64,000 nt of DNA from Scyliorhinus canicula (taxonomy: Eukaryota): positions 11,698,185 through 11,762,184 of the forward strand of contig NC_052172.1 of NCBI RefSeq assembly GCF_902713615.1. The letters are read 5' to 3'. Shown here piece after piece: positions 1 to 17,519 of the stretch. A model generated the notes under the pieces. The model was not told the origin of the DNA. It saw only the letters and a program-made list of their open reading frames with translations, and searched no databases. How positions within the stretch are numbered: position 1 is the stretch's first letter; the number at the start of each line of letters is the position of its first letter. The position numbers and the translations under genes were made by a program.

Positions 1-310
1 GGAGCTGACCAATCAGGGTGAGGAGGGAAGGCGGGATTTCCGGTCAGGCTCGGGGCCAGCGGCGCTGTCCGGCGGTTGGAATCCGGGACAATCCGCCTCC
101 ATCGGTAATTTCCCGGCGCCATCGGCGGTCCCGAGCCCGCTGGGCGGCCTCCAAACTGCGCACACCGTGGGTGCCGGAATATATCGCGGCCCAAACCCTT
201 GGCCCGCGGCCTTACCCGGAGAGCAGCGCTCTTACCGTCTAGCCGGAGCGGCCACTGGGGGCGGAGGACGGAGAAGGTTCCGCCGCCGGCTGCCAACTTC
301 CGGTTGGTGC
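1..310. promoter_or_regulatory. CpG-island promoter / non-coding first exon region of SNRPA (possibly bidirectional)
   Basis: Very CpG-rich. CCAAT at 9-13, ETS-like TTCCGG/CCGGAA motifs (~38, ~175, ~298), GC box GGGGCGG near 258. Lies 1.7 kb upstream of the SNRPA ATG exon. Exact TSS and exon-1 donor not determinable. Confidence 0.7.
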
Positions 311-317
311 AGGGAAT

Positions 318-1322
318 GGGGTTAGGGGGGCCTGCCCTGTGTCTGGGGTTAGGGGGGCCTGCCCTGTGTCTGGGGTTAGGGGGGCCTGCCCTGTGTCTGG
401 GGTTAGGGGGGCCTGCCCTGTGTCTGGGGTTAGGGGGGCCTGCCCTGTGTCTGGGGTTAGGGGGGCCTGCCCTGTGTCTGGGGTTAGGGGGGCCTGCCCT
501 GTGTCTGGGGTTAGGGGGGCCTGCCCTGTGTCTGGGGTTAGGGGGGCCTGCCCTGTGTCTGGGGTTAGGGGGGCCTGCCCTGTGTCTGGGGTTAGGGGGG
601 CCTGCCCTGTGTCTGGGGTTAGGGGGGCCTGCCCTGTGTCTGGGGTTAGGGGGGCCTGTCCTGTGTCTGGGGGGAATGGGGTTAGAGGCAATGCCCTGTG
701 TCTGGGGGGAATGGGGTTAGGGGGGCCTGCCCTGTGTCTGGGGGGAATGGGGTTAGGGGGGCCTGCCCTGTGTCTGGGGGGAATGGGGTTAGGGGGGCCT
801 GTGTCTGGGGGGAATGGGGTTAGGGGGGCCTGCCCTGTGTCTGGGGGGAATGGGGTTAGGGGGGCCTGCCCTGTGTCTGGGGGGAATGGGGTTAGGGGGG
901 CCTGTGTCTGGGGGGAATGGGGTTAGGGGGGCCTGCCCTGTGTCTGGGGGGAATGGGGTTAGGGGGTCTGCCCTGTGTCTGGGGGGGAATGGGGTTAGAG
1001 GGAATGCCCTGTGTCTGGGGGGAATGGGGTTAGGAGGCCTTGCCCTGTGTCTGGGGGGAGGGGAATGGGTTTAGGAGGCCTTGCCCTGTGTCTGGAGGAG
1101 GGGTAGGGGACCTGCCCTGTGTCCGGGGGGGGGGGGGGGGGGGGGAATGGGGTTAGATGGCCTTGCCCTGTGTCTGGGGTTAGGAGACCTGCCCTGTGTC
1201 TGGGGTTAGGAGACCTGCCCTGTGTCTGGGGTTAGGAGACCTGCCCTGTGTCTGGGGTTAGGAGACCTGCCCTGTGTCTGGGGAGGGGAATGAGGTTAGG
1301 GGGTCTTGCCCTGTGTCTGGGG
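318..1322 (+). repeat. 27-bp G-rich minisatellite (GGGGTTAGGGGGGCCTGCCCTGTGTCT)n, degenerating toward the 3' end
   Basis: Direct tandem periodicity of 27 nt, reflected in the LGLGGPALC 9-aa ORF repeats. Core units contain TTAGGG. Confidence 0.95.
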
Positions 1323-1494
1323 GGGGGGGGAATCCTGCCTTGTCTCCATGGGTCATATCCGCCCTGGCTCCCATCTTTCCCCTATCCCTGAATCGACCCT
1401 ATGCTGTAACCCGTTGCAGCCTGCAAGCGGTATTAGTTGGCTGGGTTTGGTAGTGGCAGGCAGCCTGGCTCTCTTTGAAAGCAAATTATTGCGG

Positions 1495-1630
1495 ATGCTG
1501 GAAAATCCCTGCAGTCTGGCAGCATCTGCAAGGAGAAGAAAAAGCTAAACCAAGGGTCATCTGGACTTGAAACGTTAGCTCTTTTTTCTCTCTACAGATG
1601 CTGCCAGACCTGCTGAGATTTTCCAGCATT
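1495..1630. mobile_element. Palindromic Penelope-like terminal fragment / MITE
   Basis: Inverted arms ATGCTGGAAAATC...GTCTGGCAGCATCTG and CAGATGCTGCCAGAC...GATTTTCCAGCAT. The same arm recurs at ~39230-39310. Confidence 0.55.
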
Positions 1631-1983
1631 TTCCCTTTTGGAGCCTGGCTCTCTGTTGTCTTTTTACAGTGCAGAAAGAGGCCAGGGTGGGCTTGCTTCA
1701 GTCTGCTTGTACAGAATTTACAGTGCAGAAAGAGGCCAGGGCTTGCTTCAATGTTCTGGTTGTGTTTTGCTGATTAACTTTAGGCCTCCTGTTTCTTGGT
1801 CTGGGCCAAAAACGATTTCAGATTTATCGAATTTCATGATTTACCACAGTTGGATTTGATTTCATGACTTTTAAGTAGCGTTTAAAACCGTGAGGTTTAC
1901 CTACTGCAGTTGAAGAGCTTATTTTGCAGAGTGACTGCTGAGACTTGCTTTGATTTCTACTTTTTTCTCTTATTTTCAGTTAA

Positions 1984-9380
<7,397 letters not shown>

Positions 9381-9740
9381 GGGGGTCGGGACGATCGAAC
9401 TGGTTAACTCAGGCTTTGTTTTCAGAAGCTGTTGTGTGTTTTTTTAAGTTGTGTGGTAACTAGTCTGTATTTAAGTTCTGATGCTTCAGGTAAGTGTTGA
9501 GTGAGGAGACTCCTTGGCTTTGCCCTGCCCATCGGATCACACCCGGGGAAGCCCGTCACAGGAGCTGCAGCATCATGCTGGCCAGGCCAGCCTCCTGCAG
9601 TCCCAGGACTGTTCACATTGTGCTGTGGGTGTTGTACCAACCCCTTGCACTATTCCACCCTGGGTCCGTCAAATTAACTAATTCACACGTCCTTTGCAAT
9701 TATGTCCAGGAGCAGATTATGGCCATATCCTGACTGAAGA

Positions 9741-9750
9741 AATAAATAAA
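9741..9750 (+). terminator. Candidate proximal poly(A) signal of SNRPA (overlapping AATAAATAAA)
   Basis: Two overlapping AATAAA hexamers followed by U-rich sequence (tattattttgaattt). Confidence 0.45.
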
Positions 9751-9864
9751 TCGCCACTTAGGGTATTATTTTGAATTTGACCGCCCATATTTGGCTATAT
9801 ATATTTTTTGAGTGAGTATCTGACTGGCTACGGCAAGCAAACAGTTTGGCTTAACTGCATGTGA

Positions 9865-9911
9865 GAAAGCTGTTCACCCAGAGTCTCAGTGACATTGCAC
9901 CTGGAGCTTTC
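9865..9911 (+). promoter_or_regulatory. U1A polyadenylation inhibition element (PIE) in the SNRPA 3'UTR
   Basis: GAAAGC-UGUUCAC-CCAG-A-GUC-UCAGU-GAC-AUUGCAC-CUGG-A-GCUUUC: three stems and two 7x1 asymmetric loops, ending 22 nt before AATAAA. Same architecture as the human PIE. Confidence 0.88.
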
Positions 9912-9933
9912 AAGCTTATTGAACTAACAGATG

Positions 9934-9939
9934 AATAAA
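9934..9939 (+). terminator. Distal poly(A) signal of SNRPA
   Basis: AATAAA just after the PIE, with a GU-rich downstream element ttgttgaatgtgttt at ~9959-9973. Confidence 0.8.
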
Positions 9940-10264
9940 GACTTTTTTTATAACCACCTTGTTGAATGTGTTTATTTACCACTCAGCTCTCTTGCTTTAC
10001 AGGCTGAAGGTGCTTGGCCATCGCAACACAGGATATGTGAGCGAGATACATAGAAACAGGCCATGCAAGCCCAACTGGTCAATGCTAGCGTTTATGCTGC
10101 CGACCAGCCTCCTGATCTATCCCTGTTATTTGTCCCCGCTCCCCTCTCTAGAGTTCCACATTCTAACTGCTCTCCTCGGAAAAGATTCTCCTAAATTCCC
10201 TATTTGGTTTATTGCTGACTGATTTCCCAGAAGTGGAAACCTTTCCTGTCTACCCTTTCTGTTT

Positions 10265-10615
10265 TATGGATGTGGGTGTCGCCAGTAAGCTCCAGCATGT
10301 GTTGACCATCCTTTATAGCCCTTGATCTGAGTGGCTTGTTTGGCCATTTCAGGGGGCAGTGAAGAGTCAGCCCCATTGCTGTGGGTCTGGAGTCACATGT
10401 AGGCCAGACCGGGTAGGGACGGCAGATTTCCTTCCCTAAAGGACATTAGTGAACCAGATGGGGTTTTTACAACAATCGATGATAGTTGTCACGGTTGCCA
10501 TCACTGAGACTAACTTTCAATTCCAGATTTTCTTCATTGAGTTTAAATTCATACTTGGGTTCCCCAGAGCCTCTGGATTGCTAGTCCAGTGACATTACCT
10601 CTACGTTACCGTCTC
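10265..10615 (-). mobile_element. DeuSINE-type (SacSINE1-like) SINE; other copies at ~8790-9078 -, 41240-41600 +, 57010-57190 +, 61200-61410 -
   Basis: Conserved core GGAAGGAAATCTGCCGTCC...GTCTGGCCTACATGTGACTCCAGAC, recalled as the Deu domain. Confidence 0.65.
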
Positions 10616-10782
10616 TCGAGAGTTATACAGTCTAGCGCGAGGAAAATAGCCTCACTAACTGACACGGAGTAAATCGGTTGCTGTTACCTGTTGTGGGCTA
10701 TACAGATACAGGAGCTAACAGAGCTGACCAACTTTGTAAAATATCGGGACTGGTTTAGTTGAGGATTAATCTACTGGGAAAA

Positions 10783-11012
10783 GGGCAGCACGGTGGCGCA
10801 GTGGGTTCGCCCTGCAGCATCACTGCGCCGAGGTCCCAGGTTCAATCCCGGCTCTGGGTCACTGTCCGTGTGGAGTTTGCACATTCTCCCCGTTTTTGCG
10901 TGGGTTTTCGCCCCCACAACCCAAAGATGTGAGGGTTAGGTGGATTGGCCACAATAAATTGCCCCTTAATTACAAAAAATGAATTGTGTAGTCTAAATTT
11001 TTTTTTTTTTAA
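10783..11012 (+). mobile_element. Elasmobranch V-SINE/HE1-like tRNA-derived SINE, representative copy. About 20 copies in the window, e.g. 2697-2836, 19753-19971, 20276-20853, 39618-40168, 40857-41073, 42345-42657, 47025-47312, 53078-53352, 56115-56316, 58604-58795, 58957-59250, 61420-61725, 62717-62895
   Basis: GGCAGCACGGTGGCGCAGTGG...GGTTCAATCCC head and GTGTGGAGTTTGCACATTCTCCCC V-domain-like core. Several copies have 12-16 bp TSDs (e.g. TCAAGCACCTAT at 19741 and 19972). Confidence 0.85.
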
Positions 11013-12813
11013 ATCTCACGAGGGAAAGCATTACCGGAAGTTCACGTCTGCTGGGTTTGGGCTGGACAGGTGATATCTTTGGACCCGGAGAGAGACTGGA
11101 ATGATGCAATGAGTGCGTTGGCTGTACATCTTGTCAAAGCAGCTGGAATTTTGAAGTGTGACACCAACACCCCCCCCCCCCCCCCCACCCCCACTAACAA
11201 CAGCCTTATCCTTTATTAAGCATAGTTTGCAGCTGGTTTCGTCAACTTGTTTTTTGGGTGAAAGGTGCTTACTGCTGGAGCCTCGGTCAAACTTCCAACA
11301 GAATGCCTAACCTTAATAGCAAACTTTCAGATTATGAAATTAAGTTAGGGAAAGGAACTGAGGAACATGTGTTTGTAACTATCTGTGAGAGTTGACTCCA
11401 GCATGCTGTTGCTACATTTCTCAATGCAGGTTTAATAAATTGTGGAACTCTGAAGGTGTGGGTGCACGGTGGGATCCAAACACTAGGCAGTACGGATATC
11501 CCAACGCAGCCTCTCCACACCATTGTGCCTCCTACACTCCTGCTGAATATTTCTACTTATACTGAGGAAAATATTGGCATATTTGGTGTCTCCCTCCCTC
11601 TGCTCTTCTCCTTTGTGACACTGGCTTTGCAGAGTTAATGTTGCTAGTTTGGTGCTGGATGGAGGTGGGATCTCCCTGACAGGGTGAGTGGTGGACGCAT
11701 GAGGGGAGATGCTGCTTTCGGATGAGTGGGACAGTCCCCATCTGTGTTATAACTTCAAGCAACAGCTGAGAACTGGCACTTGAAGCACTGATGGGGCAGA
11801 AACAGTGATCAACATGAAGAGTGGGACAGAGCTTTCTTCTGTGTCTAACCCAATTATCGGCTAGAGAGTGGCATAGGCTGCATGAGTGACCGAAATTGGA
11901 CTTGACTCCATCAATAAGATTAAATAGATGTATTACATGCAAAATATCAACTTTAAATGGTAAAAACAAAATAAATATTTACACTCTGGATGCCGAAGGA
12001 GGTCAGGGCTCGCAGTCAATGTTGTGAGCAATCGGCACACACCTCGCTTCACTCACCCTTGCTTTACATATGAATCAGTTGAGTCCTACCAGCAGGAAAC
12101 AAAAACTACACGGAGGGAAATCAGCAGAATGTAGCGTCCCTGCGCATGGGTAATCGTCAACAAAATGTCTTATGGGGGCCGCACTCAACCCAGATGGGCT
12201 GCATATGCACCCTACCCCCAGACCACAGGTTCCCCACCACTGATCCAACCCCGTGCTATACCTGTCCTGGGAGTGTTTGATGGGGACAGTGTAGAGGGAG
12301 CTTTACTCTGTATCTAATCCCGTGCTGTACCTGTCCTGGGAGTGTTTGATGGGGACAGTGAAGAGGGAGCTTTACTCTGTATCTAACCCCGTGCTGTACC
12401 TTTCCTGGGAGTGTTTGATGGGGACAGTGTAGAGGGAGCTTTACTCTGTATCTAACCCTATGCTGTACCTGTCCTGGGAGTGTTTGATGGGGACAGTGTA
12501 GAGGGAGCTTTACTCTGTATCTAACCCCGTGCTGTACCTTTCCTGGGAGTGTTTGATGGGGACAGTGTAGAGGGAGCTTTACTCTGTATCTAACCCTGTG
12601 CTGTACCTGTCCTGGGAGTGTTTGATGGGGACAGTGTAGAGGGAGCTTTACTCTGTATCTAACCCCGTGCTGTACATGTCCTGGGAGTGTTTGATGGGGA
12701 CAGTGTAGAAGGAGCTTTACCCTGTATCTAACCCTGTGTTGTACCTGTCCTGGGGGTGTTTGATGGGGACAGTGTAGAGGGAGCTTTACTCTGTAACCCC
12801 ATGCTGTACCTGT

Positions 12814-13210
12814 TGTCATAATATCCACTCATGTAAATCATGAGATGCAGACAGGCAGTGATTGACATACAGGATAACCAATGAACACACACGACACAGA
12901 ATAACCAATCACCAGACAGGACACCACCACTATGAAACCCACAGAGCATGAAGGCTCTCTCTCACAGGACACGGAGATAGTCGCAGTGCACAGGCCAATG
13001 AACATCATCACCATGTGATAGAGAGCTCATCTGGTCAAGCCAGTAGGAGATTATCTGTTAGGTTAATAGAGTGTCAACCCACAGCAGATTATGTACAGCA
13101 ATCAACAGGTTCAATAAATAAGTGTTGGACCATCTCCTGTGTCGGAAGGCTGATTCTCATTTTACTGCATCCAGTTGCAGTCGATGTTAGATAACACAGA
13201 TAACACATCA
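12814..13210 (+). mobile_element. Solo LTR copy 1 (TG...CA, 5-bp TSD CCTGT)
   Basis: cctgt|TGTCATAAT...AACACATCA|cctgt; internal AATAAA near 13113. Confidence 0.8.
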
Positions 13211-13269
13211 CCTGTCGTGGGAGTGTTTGATGGGGACAGTGTAGAGGGAGCTTTATTCTGTATCTAACC

Positions 13270-13789
13270 CAGTGGTTCTCAACCGGGGTCCACATGGACC
13301 CTGGGGGTCCATGTAACATTACTGGGGGTCCACACAAAAAAAATACCGAATTGAGGGTCCACGATGATATTTTAGTGGTCCATAGAGCAATTCTACTTCA
13401 GAATAATTGTTATTACTGAGAATCAAGTAGAAGAAAAAAATGCTTGTTTTCATGATGAATATTCACCTTTCTCTCTCTCTCTCTCTCTCTTTAACACAGT
13501 AATCACTAGAAACTGTGTATATTTGATATGAATTGGTTATTTTTAGAGTAATTTAATTCAATTTAGTCAGTAAAAAGTTTTTTCATCACTTTTCATATTA
13601 GAATAAGTTTGGCAACGTACGAAAATACCGCTAATCCGTTTCCAGCCCTCACGGTAAGGTAGATGGACTTTAGGATTAGTTTACCACGCATATAAGAAGC
13701 TTTTTTTTCTGTGGAATGGCTATGGGGGTCCACAAAAAAAAATTAAGAGGAAAAGGGGTCCATGGGTTAAAAAAGGTTGAGAACTCCTG
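13270..13789. mobile_element. hAT (Charlie-like) non-autonomous DNA transposon
   Basis: TIRs CAGTGGTTCTCAACC / GGTTGAGAACTCCTG. 8-bp TSD ATCTAACC (13262-13269, 13790-13797). Repeated subterminal GGGGTCCA motifs at both ends. Confidence 0.9.
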
Positions 13790-14226
13790 ATCTAACCCCA
13801 TGCTGTACCTGTCCTGGGAGTGTTTGATGTGGATAGTGTAGAGGGAGCTTTACTCTGTCTCTAACCCAGTGCTGTACCTGTCCTGGGAGTGATTGATGGG
13901 GACAGTGTAGAAGGAGCTTTACTTTGTATCTAACCCCGTGCTGTACCTGTCCTGGGAGTATTTGATGGGTACAGTGTAGAGGGAGCTTTACTCTGTATCT
14001 ATCCCCGTGCTGTACCTGTCCTGGGAGTGTTTGATGGGGGTAGTGTGGAGGGAGCTTTACTCTGTATCTAACCCCATCCTGTACCTGTCCTGGGAGTGTT
14101 TGATGGGGGCAGTGTGGAGGGAGCTTTACTCTGTGTCTAACCACGTGTTGTACCTGTCCTGGGAGTGTTTGATGGGTACAGTGTAGAGGGAGCTTTACTC
14201 TGTATCTAACCCCATGCTGTACCTGT

Positions 14227-14628
14227 TGTCATAATATCCACTCATGTATATCATGAGATGCAGACAGGCAGTGATTGACATACAGTATAACCAATGAACA
14301 CACACGACACAGAATAACCAATCACCAGACAGGACACCACCACTATAAAACCCACAGGGCATGAAGGCTCTCTCTCTCTCACAGGACACGGAGATAGTCG
14401 CAGTGCACAGGCCAATGAACATCATCACCATGTAATAGAGAGCTATCCTGGTCAAGCCAGTAGGAGGTTATCAGTTAGGTTAATAGAGTGTCAACCCACA
14501 GCAGATTATGTACAGCAATCAACAGGTTCAATATAACAGTGTTGGACCATCTCCTGTGTCGGAAGCCTGTTTCTCATTTTACTGCATCCAGTTGCAGTCG
14601 ATGTTAGAGCAACACAGATAACATATCA
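14227..14628 (+). mobile_element. Solo LTR copy 2 (same family and same satellite position as copy 1)
   Basis: cctgt|TGTCATAAT...AACATATCA|cctgt; internal TATAAAA near 14344. Confidence 0.8.
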
Positions 14629-14850
14629 CCTGTCCTGGGAGTGTTTGATGGGGACAGTGTAGAGGGAGCTTTACTCTGTATCTAAACCCGTGCTGTACCT
14701 GTCCTGGGAGTATTTGATGGGGACAGTGTAGAGGGAGCTTTACTCTGTGTCTAACCCGTGCTGTACCTGTCCTGGGAGTGTTTGATGGGGACAGTGTAGA
14801 GGGAGCTTATTCTGTATCTAACCCTGTGCTGTACCTGTCCTGGGAGTGTT

Positions 14851-17477
14851 TAGAACATAGAACATTACAGCGCAGTACGGCGGCCCTCGATGTTGCGCCG
14901 ACCTGTGAAACCATCTGAAGCCTACTTGACCTACACTATTCCATTTTCATCCATATGTCTATCCAGCGACCACTTAAATGCCCTTAAAGTTGGCGAGTCT
15001 ACTACTGTTGCAGGCAGGGCGTTCCACACCCCTACTACTCTCTGAGTAAAGAAACTGCCTCTGACATCTGTCCTATATCTACTTCCCCTCAATTTAAAGC
15101 TATGTCCCCTCGTGTTGGTCATCACCATCCGAGGAAAGAGACTCTCAGTGTCCACCCTATCTAACCCTCTGACTATCTTATATGTCTCTATTAAGTCACC
15201 TCTCAGCTTTCTCCTCTCTAACGAAAACAACCTCAAGTCCCTGAGCCTTTCCTCGTAAGACCTTCCCTCCATATCAGGCAACATCCTAGTAAATCTCCTC
15301 TGAACCCTTTCCAAAGCTTCCACATCCTTCCTATAATGTGGTGACCAGAACTGCACGCAGTACTCCAGGTGCGGCCGCACCAGAGTTATGTACAGCTGCA
15401 GCATGACCTTGTGGCTCCGAAACTCAATCCCCCTACTGATAAAGGCTAGCACACCATATGCCTTCTTAACAGCCCTATTAACCTGGGTGGCAACTTTCAG
15501 GGATTTGTGTACCTGGATGCCGAGATCTCTCTGTTCATCTACACTACCAAGAAACTTGCCATTAGCCCAGTACTCTGCATTCCTGTTACTCCTTCCAAAG
15601 TGAACCACCTCACACTTTTCCGCATTAAACTCTATCTGCCACCTCTCAGCCCAGCTCTGCAGCTTATCTATGTCCCTCTGTATTCTATAACATCCTTCAG
15701 CACTATCCACAACTCTACCGACCTTCGTGTCATCTGCAAATTTACTAACACATCCTTCTACACCCTCTTCCAGGTCATTTATAAAAATGACAAACAGCAG
15801 TGGCCCCAAAACAGATCCTTGCGGTACACCACTAGTAACTGAACTCCAGGATGAACATTTGCCATCAACCACCACCCTCTGTCTTCTTTCAGCTAGCCAA
15901 TTACTGATCCAAACCGCTAAATCACCTTCAATCCCATACTTCCTTATTTTCTGCAATAGCCTACCATGTGGAACCTTATCAAACGCCTTACTGAAATCCA
16001 TATACACCACACCAACCGCTTTACCCTCATCCACCTGTTTGGTCACCTTCTCAAAAAACTCAATAAGGTTTGTGAGGCATGACCTACCCTTCACAAAACC
16101 GTGTTGACTATTGCTAATCAACTTGTTCTTTTCAAGATGATTATAAACCCTATCTCTTATAACCTTTTCCAACATTTTACCCACAACCGAAGTAAGGCTC
16201 ACAGGTCTATAATTACCAGGGTTGTCTCTACTCCCCTTCTTGAACAAGGGGACAACATTTGCTATCCTCCAGTCTTCCGGCACTATTCCTGTCGACAAAG
16301 ATGACATAAAGATCAAGGACAAAGGCTCTGCAATCTCCTCCCTGTCTTCCCAGAGAATCCTAGGGTAAATTCCATCTGGCCCAGGGGACTTATCTATTTT
16401 TACACTTTCCAAAATTGCTAACACCTCCTCCTTGTGAACCTCAATTCCATCTAGCCTGGTTGACTGAACCTGAGTATTCTTCTCGACAACATTGTCTTTC
16501 TCCAGTGTAAACACTGACAAAAAATATCCGTTTAACGCTTCCCCTATCTCCTCTGATTCCACACACAACTTTCCACTACTATCCTTGATTGGCCCTAATC
16601 TTACTCTAGTCATTCTTTTGTTCCTGATATACCTATAGAAAGCCTTAGGGTTTTCCTTGATCCTATCAGCCAATGACTTTTCGTGTCCTCTCCTCGCTCT
16701 TCTTAACTCTCCCTTTAGGTCCTTCCTGGCTAACTTATAACTCTCAAGTGCCCTAACTGAGCCTTCATGTCTCATCCTGACATAAGCCTTCTTCTTCCTC
16801 TTGACAAGTGCTTCAACTTCCTTAGTAAACCACGGTTCCCTTGCTCGACAACTTCCTCCCTGCCTGACAGGTACATACTTATCAAGGTCACGCAGTAGCT
16901 GTTCCTTGAAAAAGCTCCACATTTCGATTGTACCCATCCCCTGCAGTTTCCTTCCCCATCCTATACATCCTAAATCTTGCCGAATAGCATCATAATTGCC
17001 TTTCCCCCAGCTATAATTCTTGCCTTGCGGTATACACCTATCCCTGCCTATTGCTAAAGTAAACATAACCGAATTGTGATCACTATCACCAAACCTGGCC
17101 GGGTTCATTACCCAGTACCAAATCCAATGTGGCCTCGCCCCTTGTTGGCCTGTCTACATACTGTGTCAGAAAACCCTCCTGCACACACTGCACAAAAACT
17201 GACCCATCTATAGTACTCGAACTATAGTATTTCCAGTCAATATTTGGAAAGTTAAAGTCCCCCATAACAACTACCCTGTTACTCTCGCTCCTGTCGAGAA
17301 TCATCTTTGCAATCCTTTCCTCTACATCTCTGGAACTATTCGGAGGCCTATAGACAACTCCCAACAGGGTGACCTCTCCTCTCCTGTTCCTAACCTCGGC
17401 CCATACTACCTCAGTAGACGAGTCCTCAAACGTCCTTTCTACCGCCGTAATACTTTCCTTGATTAACAATGTCACCC

Positions 17478-17519
<42 letters not shown>

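Noticed and set aside
199-1074. Long repetitive ORFs (LGLGGPALC / SGVRGACPV / PLTPDTGQA)
   Set aside because: Stop-free frames of a 27-bp minisatellite, open on both strands, with no splice or protein-family support.
318-1322. Interstitial telomere
   Set aside because: TTAGGG occurs singly per 27-bp unit, never as tandem (TTAGGG)n.
10783-10860. tRNA genes at SINE heads
   Set aside because: A/B-box-like heads continue into SINE bodies and tails; no full cloverleaf was seen.
12245-14850. CRISPR array or His/Pro-rich protein from the 69-bp repeat
   Set aside because: Head-to-tail satellite without unique spacers; the interruptions are TEs with TSDs.
14931-17108. 725-aa ORF as a host gene or an active retrotransposon
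   Set aside because: It is a CR1 ORF2 separated from its endonuclease by a small deletion/frameshift near 17090 and a poly-G expansion; the element is 5'-truncated.
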